Part shown: positions 18,839 to 27,747 of the stretch, piece after piece | Position numbering within the stretch: position 1 is the first letter of the stretch | How the letters are laid out: every line of letters starts with the position of its first letter | Source of the DNA: Acidobacteriota bacterium | GTDB taxonomy: Bacteria > Acidobacteriota > Thermoanaerobaculia > Thermoanaerobaculales > Thermoanaerobaculaceae | Length of the DNA stretch: 48,393 nucleotides | Reading direction: 5' to 3' | Assembly (NCBI GenBank): GCA_039961755.1 | Contig: JABRVY010000224.1 | Span: 1 to 48,393, forward strand | The notes under the pieces: generated by a model | Told to the model about the DNA's origin: nothing | The model's input: only the letters and a program-made list of their open reading frames with translations | The model's database searches: none | Position numbers and translations under genes: made by a program

Positions 18839-19315
18839 TCAGAAGTAAACAACCGCGCCGGTGCCGGCGATCTGGTAGGTGGCGGAGGCCTTCTTGGCCG
18901 CCTTTTCCTGCTCCGCGCAGGAGTGGTCGCCACCCTGCTCCTTGGAGGGCTGTGCGCTGTCGTGTTTCTCACCGACCGGGTTGACCACTTCGAAGACCCC
19001 CTCGGCCGAGGCCTTTCGCCCCATGGCCTCCATGGGGAATACGATCACACCGTCCTCCACCTTGATGCGAATGCCCTGCTCCCGCTCGGGGTCGGTGATC
19101 ATCATCCAGCAGCCACGCTTGGCGCACACGGCCGTCACCACGCCGTCCACCCGCACCTTCTTGCCCACGAACTTTTCCGGCGTTGCCAGGAGCTGAGCCA
19201 CCGAGGAGCTGGACTCCAGGGTGACGCCCGATCCGTACTTCTTGGCCTCCCCTGCCAGGGCAGAGGTACCGATGACGATGACGATGGCCAGCAGGCCCAA
19301 CGCAGCTCGCTTCAC
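18839..19315 (-). CDS. DUF4920-like secreted protein
   Basis: 158 aa with a GTG start preceded by GGGGAGG. It has a signal peptide and the motif VCAKRGCWMMI characteristic of DUF4920. Confidence 0.62.
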   Translation of the reverse strand: MKRAALGLLAIVIVIGTSALAGEAKKYGSGVTLESSSSVAQLLATPEKFVGKKVRVDGVVTAVCAKRGCWMMITDPEREQGIRIKVEDGVIVFPMEAMGRKASAEGVFEVVNPVGEKHDSAQPSKEQGGDHSCAEQEKAAKKASATYQIAGTGAVVYF

Positions 19316-19487
19316 TCTAGCCTCCCCATCAGCGCCCGCAGCTACGGCGGCGCCCTTTCAAGGACTATGGATTCTGGGATAGCCCTTCATCGCTGTCAAC
19401 CCGTGTGACCTGGCACACCGCCCGCGAGGAACCATCCGGAACGGGTCAGGTGGCGACACCGTATACTCACGCCGAAGGGAGAGTCCC

Positions 19488-20231
19488 ATGCCGAAGGTTG
19501 CGACGAGCTTGATGTGTGCGCTGGTGGTGGCGGGTGTCCTGGGGTCGAGCGTTCCGTCCTACGCGCAGACGCCCGAGTGGGATCTCAAGCTGGGTCTTTC
19601 CTACCTGGGTACCTCGGGGAACAGCCGCACCTCCTCCACCGGCCTGTCGGCCAACTTCGAGCGCACGTGGGGCGACTGGAAACTCCAGGCCCTGGCTTCG
19701 GCGCTGCGCGCCAGCGACGACGGGGAAAAGAGTGCCGAGCGGCTGCTGGCGGCGGCACGTGGTGATGTCACGGTGTGGAAGGAACTGGCCCTCACCTCGG
19801 GCATCGCGTGGGAGCGCGATCGCTTCGCGGGCATCGACTCGCGCTCGATCCTGGACGCCGGCCTCAAGTGGACCCCAGAGCTGGACGTCGATATCGCCTT
19901 CTCGGCGCTCGTTGCCGCCACCTACACTCGCGAAGACCAGGTCGGGGCCGCCTCTGATGGCTTCCTGGGCGCGCTGGTCAAGGCGGACGCCGGGTACGTC
20001 ATCACCGAGTCGGCCAGGGCCACCGCCAGCGCCGCGGTCTACCCCAACTTCGAAGCCACCAGGGCCTGGCGGGCCGTCAGCACGGCGGGCCTGCAGGCTT
20101 CCCTGTCATCGCAGCTCGCCCTAAAGCTGGCCTACGAGTACCGTTACAACAACCGCCCCCCGGCCGGCTTTCGCAAGGCCGACACCGCCACAGTACTGTC
20201 GCTGGTGGCGCAGTTCCCCAAACTGAAGTAG
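19488..20231 (+). CDS. DUF481 (YdiY-like) outer-membrane beta-barrel protein
   Basis: 247 aa with a signal peptide ending in AQT. It contains GTSGNSRTSS, alternating beta-strand patterning and YEYRYNNRPPAGFRKADT near the C-terminus. Confidence 0.7.
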   Translation: MPKVATSLMCALVVAGVLGSSVPSYAQTPEWDLKLGLSYLGTSGNSRTSSTGLSANFERTWGDWKLQALASALRASDDGEKSAERLLAAARGDVTVWKELALTSGIAWERDRFAGIDSRSILDAGLKWTPELDVDIAFSALVAATYTREDQVGAASDGFLGALVKADAGYVITESARATASAAVYPNFEATRAWRAVSTAGLQASLSSQLALKLAYEYRYNNRPPAGFRKADTATVLSLVAQFPKLK

Positions 20232-20236
20232 AGCCT

Positions 20237-21475
20237 GTGATGCCAGCAGTAGCGGTTGCCGAGCGCCTCGCCTGGGAGGTCGATCCCTATCGGCGAGAGC
20301 TGGACGCCGAGGTGGTCGCCAGCGGCGGTGAACCAGGCAAAGCCTGGGCGATCCTGAACGACACCGTGCTCTATCCCGAGGGCGGCGGCCAGCCCAGCGA
20401 CCGCGGCTGGATCAACAACACTCCCGTCCTGGCGGTGCGGCGCACGCCGGAGGCGATCATCCACGAGCTGGCGGCCCCGGTTTCCCCCGGGCCGGCGCGG
20501 GTATGCCTGGACTGGGTCCGGCGCTTCGACCACATGCAACAACACGCCGCGCAGCATCTCCTCACCGCCCTGGCGCAGGACCGCTTCGGCTGGCCGACCA
20601 CCGCCTTCCACCTCGGGGAGCGTCTCAGCGACATCGAGTTGAACGTCCCCTCCCTCACCCCTGGGGAGCTTGTTGCCCTCGAAGAAGCGGCGGCGGCAGA
20701 GATTCGCGCCGCCCGCCCTGTGCACTGTCGCTGGGTCGCGCCGGAGGAGATGCCTGGCCTGCCGATCCGCACCCGAGGTCTGCCGGCGGGCCATCGAGGG
20801 GAGGTGCGCCTGGTCGAGATCGAGGGTATCGACCTCAACACCTGCGGTGGCACCCACGTGGCGTGCACGGCCGAGCTGGAGAGCATCGTCCTCCTCGGCA
20901 CCGAGCCCATGCGGGGTGGAACCCGGGTGTTCTTCGCCGCCGGGCGCCGGGTACGCATTCTGGCGCACGAGCAGGCCGGCGTGCTGGCCAGGCTGCGCGC
21001 CCTCCTGGGCGCCCCGGACGAGGAGCTGGCATCAGTGGTGGAGGCCAAGCTGGAGACGCTGCGCAGCGCCGAGCGGCTGCTCCGCCGCTGGCGGGACGAG
21101 GCAGCCGATGCCCTGGGCGAGGTGCTAGCAGCCAGCGGTGAGTCTCTGGCGTACCGACACCTCCCGGACAAGGAGCTGCCTTTCTTGCAGCGCGCCGCCC
21201 GCCGGTTCGTCGCCCTCTCCCCCGCCCGGGTCGTGCTTCTCACCGGCGACAGCAGCGACGGAGGGGTGTTCTGTCTGGCCTCTGGAGACGCAGCTGAGGT
21301 GGACACCGCGGCGCTCGCGAGCACCTTCACGGGCATCGCTGGTGGCCGCTGCGGAGGAAAGGGGCGATTCTTCCAGGGGAAGATCCCCTCCTTTGAGCGC
21401 CGCGAGGCCGCCGTCGAGGCGGTTCGCAGCGTCCTCCGCCACTCTCCTCGCCCGAAGGCCTTGCCCGAGCGATGA
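20237..21475 (+). CDS. Alanyl-tRNA editing protein (AlaX-L-like)
   Basis: 412 aa; GTG at 20237 or ATG at 20240. Zinc motifs HMQQH...H and CGGTH mark the tRNA_SAD editing domain, followed by a C-terminal DHHA1-like region. Confidence 0.78.
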   Translation: MMPAVAVAERLAWEVDPYRRELDAEVVASGGEPGKAWAILNDTVLYPEGGGQPSDRGWINNTPVLAVRRTPEAIIHELAAPVSPGPARVCLDWVRRFDHMQQHAAQHLLTALAQDRFGWPTTAFHLGERLSDIELNVPSLTPGELVALEEAAAAEIRAARPVHCRWVAPEEMPGLPIRTRGLPAGHRGEVRLVEIEGIDLNTCGGTHVACTAELESIVLLGTEPMRGGTRVFFAAGRRVRILAHEQAGVLARLRALLGAPDEELASVVEAKLETLRSAERLLRRWRDEAADALGEVLAASGESLAYRHLPDKELPFLQRAARRFVALSPARVVLLTGDSSDGGVFCLASGDAAEVDTAALASTFTGIAGGRCGGKGRFFQGKIPSFERREAAVEAVRSVLRHSPRPKALPER

Positions 21476-21518
21476 GGCGGATCACCGAGTCGGTTGCTCC
21501 AAAAGCTTGTGAATGTAT

Positions 21519-21548
21519 TTGACAAGCGCGTATTGGCTGCCATATCCT
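21519..21548 (+). promoter_or_regulatory. Candidate sigma70-type promoter for the response-regulator operon
   Basis: TTGACA at 21519..21524, followed 18 nt later by TATCCT at 21543..21548 (or 17 nt later by ATATCC). It sits in a locally AT-richer stretch 47 nt upstream of the ATG at 21595. Confidence 0.4.
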
Positions 21549-21594
21549 TACACGGGCTCCCTCCCCAGGGTGGGGGCGCGGAGGTGCTGCGAGA

Positions 21595-22008
21595 ATGCCG
21601 CAGACCCCCATCAGGGTGCTGGTGGTCGACGACGAGGAGGACTTCGCCTCGGCGCTGGTCACCCGCCTCAGCCGACGCGGTTTTGCTGCTCGCGCCGCGT
21701 ACTCCGGTGCCGCTGCCCTCGCCGAGCTGGCGCGCGGGGGTACCCAGGTGGTCATCCTCGACCTCAAGATGCCCGGGATGGACGGCATCGAGACGCTGCA
21801 TCGCATCCGCCGTCGCCACCCCCAGGTCGAGGTCATCGTTCTCACCGGTCACGGCACCGTGGCCTCGGGCATCGAGGGCATGCAGATCGGCGCCGCCGAC
21901 TATCTGCGCAAGCCGGTACCCATTGAAACGCTGTGCACCGCCATCCAGGCGGCGGCCGAAAGGAGTCGGGGCGGGCCCAATTCCCGCTCCGGGGAGGAGG
22001 CACTGTGA
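21595..22008 (+). CDS. Stand-alone response-regulator receiver domain (CheY-like, no output domain)
   Basis: 137 aa. It has the acidic pocket VVDDEED, a phospho-acceptor context VVILDLKMPGMDG, a T (LTGHG) and a K (YLRKP). Confidence 0.9.
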   Translation: MPQTPIRVLVVDDEEDFASALVTRLSRRGFAARAAYSGAAALAELARGGTQVVILDLKMPGMDGIETLHRIRRRHPQVEVIVLTGHGTVASGIEGMQIGAADYLRKPVPIETLCTAIQAAAERSRGGPNSRSGEEAL

Positions 22009-22316
22009 GGAGGGGACATTTTCTGACCTGGGCACGCGCCGGCGTGGCGGCGCTGCTCTCCTGGGCGCTGGCGGCACCGGCCCTGGCGGCCGGAGGGGGC
22101 AAGGGCGCCTCCAAACTGGTCAACGTCGCGGATACCCGCGGGCTCGAACCGGGGCTCTCCCGCTGGATCGCCGGCGTGTACAACGAGAGTTTCTGGTTGT
22201 TCGGCCTGCTCACCGTGGCAGTCATGGTGGGGATGGGGCTCATTCTCGGCCTGGCCACCGACAAGGCCGTGGGCCTGCTGGGGATCAACCTCGGCAAGAT
22301 CAGCCACCACGAGTAG
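22005..22316 (+). CDS. Small secreted/membrane protein of unknown function
   Basis: Frame of ORF 21933..22316. The GTG at 22005 overlaps the receiver gene stop (GTGA) and lies 4 nt after GGGGAGGAGG. It has a signal-like N-terminus (AALLSWALAAPALAAG) and one C-terminal TM segment (LFGLLTVAVMVGMGLILGL). Confidence 0.5.
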   Translation: MRRGHFLTWARAGVAALLSWALAAPALAAGGGKGASKLVNVADTRGLEPGLSRWIAGVYNESFWLFGLLTVAVMVGMGLILGLATDKAVGLLGINLGKISHHE

Positions 22317-22328
22317 GGAGGGAGGACC

Positions 22329-23354
22329 ATGGAACTCTTCGAGATCTACCTCCCGGTCGCGGGCATCCACTTCAACGTCCTGGTACTACTTCTGATTGGT
22401 TTCACCGTTGGGGTGTGCGGCGGCTTCTTCGGCATCGGCGGCGCGTGGATCGTCACCCCCGCCCTCAACATCTTCGGCTTCCCCATGCCCTACGCCATCG
22501 GCACGGACCTGGCGCACATCGGGGGGAAGTCGATCGTTTCGACGATTCGACACGGGAAGTTCGGCAACGTGGACGTGCGCTTGGGCGTGGCCATGATCCT
22601 CGGGACCACCATCGGCATGGAGCTGGGCGCCAACCTGGTCATCAAGCTGGAGCAGATGGGACTGGCCGAGGGTCTGATCCGCAAGATGTACATCGTCTTC
22701 CTGGGCGCCATCGGCTCCTACGTCCTCTACGATTACCTCACCCACACCCGCCGGCAGCGCCGGGTGGAGGCCGGCCTGGAGGTCGCCCCCGGAGGCGAAA
22801 CCGTGGCGCAAAAGCTGCAGCGCATCAAGATTCCCCCCATGGTGCATTTTCAGGCCTCCGGGATCACCTGCTCCATGTGGTTGCCGGTGCTGGTCGGCCT
22901 GACGACAGGGATCGTCGCCGCCGTTCTGGGGGTGGGAGGCGGCTTCATCCGCATGCCGGCACTCATCTACCTGATCGGCTGCCCGACCGCCGTCGCGGTT
23001 GGCACCGACCTTTTTGAGGTGATGATCACCGGCGCCTACGGAGCCTTCACCTATGGCGTCAAGGGGCGGGTCGAGCTGATCGCCGCCATGTGGATGCTCT
23101 TCGCCGCCGCCATCGGCGCCCAGCTCGGCACTGTCGCCATCAAGTACGTGCGCGGCTACGCCATTCGCCTGCTGTTCGCCATCACCATCTTCGTGGCGTG
23201 CTCCTCGGTGGTCCTCAAGCAACTGGAGTTCCAGCTGGCTTCCGCCATCACTATCCTGGTCGCCGGTATCGGCATCAGCCTGGTCATCATTGCCTGGCTG
23301 GTCAAGGGCATCGTTGACGAGCGCGGGGGCCGGCTACCGGCCAACCATGCATGA
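22329..23354 (+). CDS. TSUP-family (TauE/SafE-like) anion permease
   Basis: 341 aa, with GGGAGGGAGG upstream. It has the 4+4 TM duplicated architecture with GGFFGIGGAWIVTPAL and GVGGGFIRMPALIYL repeats. Confidence 0.85.
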   Translation: MELFEIYLPVAGIHFNVLVLLLIGFTVGVCGGFFGIGGAWIVTPALNIFGFPMPYAIGTDLAHIGGKSIVSTIRHGKFGNVDVRLGVAMILGTTIGMELGANLVIKLEQMGLAEGLIRKMYIVFLGAIGSYVLYDYLTHTRRQRRVEAGLEVAPGGETVAQKLQRIKIPPMVHFQASGITCSMWLPVLVGLTTGIVAAVLGVGGGFIRMPALIYLIGCPTAVAVGTDLFEVMITGAYGAFTYGVKGRVELIAAMWMLFAAAIGAQLGTVAIKYVRGYAIRLLFAITIFVACSSVVLKQLEFQLASAITILVAGIGISLVIIAWLVKGIVDERGGRLPANHA

Positions 23355-23364
23355 GGAGGAGGCC

Positions 23365-23664
23365 ATGAACAGAATCACCATCGTCATCGTCGCCGCCACC
23401 CTGGTCGCGGCCGCCGCCTGTAACCACCCGGATGTCGTTCAGGGAACCGTTGTTGCCATGAGTGAGGACGGCGCCACCCTGACCCTGCGCGACGAACTCG
23501 CACCCCACGCCGAGCTGGTCCTGGCCATCAAGGGAGCCGACGTGGGCGCTGCCCCGGTTCCGGGAGACGTGGTGCGCATCGCTTTCTACCAGCGCGGCGA
23601 CGAGCGGGTCGCCACTCGCATCATGAACCTGACCCGGCAGGCCGAGCTGGCCAAGAAGCGCTGA
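23365..23664 (+). CDS. Small lipoprotein of unknown function
   Basis: Frame of ORF 23290..23664. The ATG at 23365 lies 4 nt after GAGGAGGAGG. The signal peptide has a lipobox-like VAAAAC. Confidence 0.55.
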   Translation: MNRITIVIVAATLVAAAACNHPDVVQGTVVAMSEDGATLTLRDELAPHAELVLAIKGADVGAAPVPGDVVRIAFYQRGDERVATRIMNLTRQAELAKKR

Positions 23665-23670
23665 CGCACG

Positions 23671-23689
23671 CCCCGCGCCTGTCGCGGGG
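23671..23689 (+). terminator. Stem-loop after the lipoprotein gene
   Basis: CCCCGCG-CCTGT-CGCGGGG, a 7-bp GC stem 7 nt after the stop codon. No clear T-tract follows. Confidence 0.5.
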
Positions 23690-23712
23690 CGGGTATCTCA
23701 ATGTAGGCGGAA

Positions 23713-23734
23713 AGCGTGCGAAAACTCGCACGCT
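23713..23734 (+). terminator. Second, perfect 9-bp stem-loop
   Basis: AGCGTGCGA-AAAC-TCGCACGCT, followed by CTCATCGTTTCTCTC, which is moderately T-rich. Confidence 0.5.
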
Positions 23735-23814
23735 CTCATCGTTTCTCTCGCTCCCCCTCAGCCCGCCAGCCAAAAGCCTGATCGGGATACCCCCTTGCGC
23801 AACGACACGTTCCA

Positions 23815-23848
23815 GTTCAAAATGAACGAGTGTTCATTCATCTTGAAC
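23815..23848. promoter_or_regulatory. Cluster of three overlapping GTTCA/TGAAC palindromes; candidate TetR/FadR-type operator upstream of the fad genes
   Basis: GTTCA-AAA-TGAAC at 23815..23827, AATGAAC-GAGT-GTTCATT at 21-38 of the same decade (23821..23838), and GTTCA-N7-TGAAC at 23832..23848. This is the most AT-rich spot of the region. It overlaps a possible TTGCGC-17-CAAAAT promoter at 23795..23823. Confidence 0.55.
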
Positions 23849-23995
23849 CGGCCCCGGAGCGGCGGAGCGATGTGATTGGCATCGAAGGCCTTGAGCCAGT
23901 CGCCCCCGATCCTGCTTCCGGTGCTCGGCTCTTTTTCGGGGATCCACGGAGAACGGGCCGGCAGGTCCGGGCTCACACTCATAAGGAGGGGTGAT

Positions 23996-26413
23996 ATGCG
24001 CAAGGACATCCGCAAGGTGGCCGTGCTCGGCGCCGGGGTCATGGGGTCCGGCATCGCCGCGCACCTGGCCAACGCCGGGATCCGGGTGGTGATGCTGGAT
24101 ATCGTGCCACCCGAGCTGACGGCGGAGGACGAGAAGGCCGGACTGACGAGGAGCGACCCGCGCTTTCGCAACAAATTCGCCCTCGCCGGTCTGGAAGGGA
24201 TCAAGAAATCCAGACCCTCCCTCATCTACTCCAAACGGTTCTTGCCCCTTATCGAGGTGGGGAACTTCGAGGACGACTGGAACAGACTCGCGGAATGTGA
24301 CTGGGTTTGCGAGGTGGTGGTGGAGCGGCTGGACATCAAGCAGAAGGTCTTCGCCCGCGTCGAGGAAGTCTGCAGGCCCGGCACCATCATTTCGTCCAAC
24401 ACGTCCGGACTGCCCATCAAAAAAATGGTCGAGGGCCGCTCGCCGGAGTTCAAGCGCAACTTCCTCGTCACGCACTTCTTCAACCCGGTTCGCTACATGC
24501 GCCTGCTGGAAATCATCGCCGGTGAGGACACCGACCCCGCCATCGTCAAGCTGATGGCCGACTTCGGCCAGTTCCGCCTGGGCAAGGGTATCGTTTACGG
24601 CAAGGACACCCCCAACTTCATCGGCAACCGCATCGGCGTCTTTGCCCTCATGGCCACCCTGCACGCCATGATGGAGATGGACTACCAGGTGGACGAGGTG
24701 GACGCCATCACGGGACCGGCCACCGGCCGTCCCCGCTCTGCCTCCTTTGGCACCGTGGACCTGGTGGGCCTGGATACCATGGTGCACGTCGTGCGCACCC
24801 TCCAGGAGTCCCTGCCCGACGACGAGGGACAGCCGTACTTCCAGGTTCCCGACTTCGTCACCCGCATGGTCGAGCAGCGCATGCTCGGACGCAAGGCCGA
24901 CGGCGGCTTTTTCAAGCGGGTCAAGGACGACAAGGGCAAGAAGACCGACCTCACCCTGGACTGGAAGACCTTCACCTACCGTCCCAAGTGCAAGCCCGAT
25001 TACCCCTCCCTCAAGGCCTCCAAGGGGATCCACGACGCCGCCCAGCGCATCCGCACCGTGGTCAACGCCGATGACCGCGCCGGCGCCTTCGCCTGGCGGG
25101 TCACCCGCGACACCCTGGCGTACACCTCCCGTCGGCTAGGCGAGATCTCGGACACCATCGTCGACATCGACAACGCCCTCAAGTGGGGGTACAACTGGGA
25201 GCTGGGCCCCTTCGAAACCTGGGATGCCCTGGGGGTGCAGGCCACCGTCGACCGGATGAAGGCTGAAGGGGTGCAGCCTGCTTCATGGGTCGAGGAAATG
25301 CTGGCGGCCGGGTGCCCGACGTTTTACCGCATGGGTACGGCCGGTTTGGAGTACTACGAGGCCCGGGAGAAGGCCTACCGGCCGCTGCCGCGCCCTGCGA
25401 GCTTCCTCGTCCTGGCCGAACTCAAGCACCAGAAGAAAGTGGTGGAGGAAAACAAGGGTGCCTCCCTGGTCGACCTTGGCGATGGCGTGCTGTGCCTGGA
25501 GTTCCACTCCGCCGCCCAGCCCAAGCTCAACCCCATCGACGACGACATCCTGGCCATGGCCCACCGCGCCATCGAGGTCGCCCAGCGCGACTTCATCGGC
25601 CTGGTGGTGCACCACCAGAGCGAGCAGTTCTGCGCCGGCGCCAACCTCCTGATGCTCCTGGAGGCGGCGCAGAGTCAGCAGTGGAAAGGCATCGACGCCA
25701 TGGTGCGCACCTTCCAGGGCATGACCATGGGGTTCAAGCGCTGCGGCGTCCCCGTCGTCACCGCGCCCTTCGGCTTCACCTTCGGGGGTGGAGCCGAGAT
25801 CACCATGGCCGGCGACCGCGTCTGTGCCCTCGCCGAGACCTACATCGGCCTCGTGGAGGTGGGCGTCGGCCTGCTCCCGGGCGGGGCCGGCCACGTGTTC
25901 ATGCTGGAAAGGGTCCTCGACGGGATCGACGAGCCAATACTCTCTAACCTGCCATTCATTCGCAAGGCCTTCGAGACCATCGCCATGGCCAAGGTCGCCA
26001 CGTCCGCCGAGGAAGCCCGGGAGCTCAAATACTTGCGCCCCATCGACCATGTGGAATTGAACCGCGACCAGCAGCTGTGGACCGCCAAGCGCATGGCCAT
26101 CGCCATGTGGGAGGAGGGGTACCGACCGCCCCTGCCGCGCACCTTCGCCCTCCCCGGCCGGGAGGGCATCGCCACCTTCAAGATGTTCCTCCACAACATG
26201 AAGCTCACCCACTGGATCTCCTCCCACGACGAGAAGATCGCCACCCACATCGCCACCATCCTGTGCGGCGGCGACACCACCATCAACAATCCGGTGAGTG
26301 AAGAACAGATCCTCGATCTCGAGCGTGAGGCGTTCTTGTCCCTGTGCGGCGAGCCGAAGACTCAGGAGCGCATCAAGTACATGCTCCTCAATAACAAACC
26401 GTTGAGGAACTGA
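23996..26413 (+). CDS. Bifunctional 3-hydroxyacyl-CoA dehydrogenase / enoyl-CoA hydratase (FadN-like domain order)
   Basis: Frame of ORF 23876..26413. The ATG at 23996 lies 5 nt after TAAGGAGGGG. It has an N-terminal Rossmann GAGVMGSGIA (HADH) and a C-terminal crotonase-fold region, 805 aa in all. Confidence 0.9.
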   Translation: MRKDIRKVAVLGAGVMGSGIAAHLANAGIRVVMLDIVPPELTAEDEKAGLTRSDPRFRNKFALAGLEGIKKSRPSLIYSKRFLPLIEVGNFEDDWNRLAECDWVCEVVVERLDIKQKVFARVEEVCRPGTIISSNTSGLPIKKMVEGRSPEFKRNFLVTHFFNPVRYMRLLEIIAGEDTDPAIVKLMADFGQFRLGKGIVYGKDTPNFIGNRIGVFALMATLHAMMEMDYQVDEVDAITGPATGRPRSASFGTVDLVGLDTMVHVVRTLQESLPDDEGQPYFQVPDFVTRMVEQRMLGRKADGGFFKRVKDDKGKKTDLTLDWKTFTYRPKCKPDYPSLKASKGIHDAAQRIRTVVNADDRAGAFAWRVTRDTLAYTSRRLGEISDTIVDIDNALKWGYNWELGPFETWDALGVQATVDRMKAEGVQPASWVEEMLAAGCPTFYRMGTAGLEYYEAREKAYRPLPRPASFLVLAELKHQKKVVEENKGASLVDLGDGVLCLEFHSAAQPKLNPIDDDILAMAHRAIEVAQRDFIGLVVHHQSEQFCAGANLLMLLEAAQSQQWKGIDAMVRTFQGMTMGFKRCGVPVVTAPFGFTFGGGAEITMAGDRVCALAETYIGLVEVGVGLLPGGAGHVFMLERVLDGIDEPILSNLPFIRKAFETIAMAKVATSAEEARELKYLRPIDHVELNRDQQLWTAKRMAIAMWEEGYRPPLPRTFALPGREGIATFKMFLHNMKLTHWISSHDEKIATHIATILCGGDTTINNPVSEEQILDLEREAFLSLCGEPKTQERIKYMLLNNKPLRN

Positions 26414-26445
26414 GAGCACCGGGAAGGAAAGCAAGGAGACCTGCC

Positions 26446-27615
26446 ATGCGTGAAGCCGTCATCGTGTCATACGCCCGCACCCCCATCGGCAGGGCCAAGA
26501 AGGGGAGCCTGAAGGACACCCGGCCGGAGGAGTTTGCCGCCCCGGTCCTCAAGGAACTCGTCCGCCGAACCCCGGGCCTCGAGCCCGCCATGGTGGACGA
26601 CATCCTGGTGGGCTGCGCCATGCCCGAGGGGGAACAGGGCATGAACATCGCCCGCCTGATCGCCCTGCTGGCGGGTTTCCCCGTCGAGGTCACGGCGGCC
26701 ACCCTCAACCGCTTCTGCTCCTCTGGCTCCCAGGTCATCGCCTGGGCCGCCGACACCATCAAGGCGGGGTCCGCCGACATCATCATCGCCGGCGGGGTGG
26801 AGTCCATGTCCCTGGTGGCCATGGGTGGCAACAAGCTGATCGCCGACCCGGAGATCATGGAGGTCATGCCCAACGCCTACGCCGCCATGGGCACCACCGC
26901 CGAGGTGGTCGCCCGCCAGTTCAACGTCACCCGTGAGGAGCAGGACGCGTTCGCCGTGCGCTCGCACCAGCGCGCCGCTGCTGCCGTGGCCGCCGGCGTG
27001 TTCAAGGACGAGATCGTGCCCCTCAAGGTCCGGACCATGGACGACGGGGTCTGGAAGGAATTCACCTTCGACACCGACGAGGGGCCCCGCGCCGACACCA
27101 CGCTCGAGGCGCTCGCCAAGCTCAAGCCCGTCTTCGACCCCAAGGGCACCGTCACCGCCGGCAACGCCTCCCAGATCAACGATGGCGCCGCCTTCGTGGT
27201 GGTCATGGCGGAGGAAAGGGCCCGCGACATGGGGCTCGCTCCCCTCGCCTACGTGCGCCAGTGGGCGGTGGCCGGCGTGCCCCCCGACATCATGGGCATC
27301 GGGCCGGTGAAGGCCGTCCCCAAGCTCCTCGCCAAGGCCAATCTCACCCTGGACGACATCGACCTCATCGAGATCAACGAGGCGTTCGCCTCCCAGAGCG
27401 TGTACTGCATGCGCGAGCTGGGCCTACCCGACGATCGTACCAACGTCAACGGCGGCGCCATCGCCACCGGCCACCCGCTAGGGGCCACCGGTGCCATCCT
27501 TACTTGCAAGCTGCTCACCGAGTTGAAGCGCCGCAACGGCCGCCGTGGCATCGTCACCATGTGCATCGGCGGTGGCATGGGCTTCGCGTATCTCCTCGAA
27601 CGACCTGCCAACTAG
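26446..27615 (+). CDS. fadA: Acetyl-CoA C-acyltransferase (3-ketoacyl-CoA thiolase)
   Basis: 389 aa. It has the nucleophile Cys in NRFCSSGSQ plus GHPLGATG and CIGGGMG, and lies directly downstream of the fadN-like gene. Confidence 0.94.
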   Translation: MREAVIVSYARTPIGRAKKGSLKDTRPEEFAAPVLKELVRRTPGLEPAMVDDILVGCAMPEGEQGMNIARLIALLAGFPVEVTAATLNRFCSSGSQVIAWAADTIKAGSADIIIAGGVESMSLVAMGGNKLIADPEIMEVMPNAYAAMGTTAEVVARQFNVTREEQDAFAVRSHQRAAAAVAAGVFKDEIVPLKVRTMDDGVWKEFTFDTDEGPRADTTLEALAKLKPVFDPKGTVTAGNASQINDGAAFVVVMAEERARDMGLAPLAYVRQWAVAGVPPDIMGIGPVKAVPKLLAKANLTLDDIDLIEINEAFASQSVYCMRELGLPDDRTNVNGGAIATGHPLGATGAILTCKLLTELKRRNGRRGIVTMCIGGGMGFAYLLERPAN

Positions 27616-27621
27616 CTCCTC

Positions 27622-27653
27622 GTGGGGCCGGCGCCCTCGCGCGCCGGCCCCAC
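27622..27653. terminator. Strong GC hairpin between convergent genes (likely a bidirectional terminator)
   Basis: GTGGGGCCGGCGC (27622..27634) pairs with GCGCCGGCCCCAC (27641..27653), a 13-bp perfect stem. It lies between the fadA stop (27615) and the acyltransferase stop (27748). Confidence 0.6.
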
Positions 27654-27747
27654 GCCTCACCGCCGCCCTCACCGACACGGACACGGACACGGGTACTGCC
27701 GTGCCTCTGTCCGAATCGCCAGGAATATCAGTACCTGGTACCCAGCG

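Noticed and set aside
19411-19425. Sigma-54-like TGGCAC-N5-CCGC upstream of the DUF481 gene
   Set aside because: The -12 element lacks the TTGC core (only GC is retained). No enhancer-binding protein gene is nearby, and the match is too weak to call.
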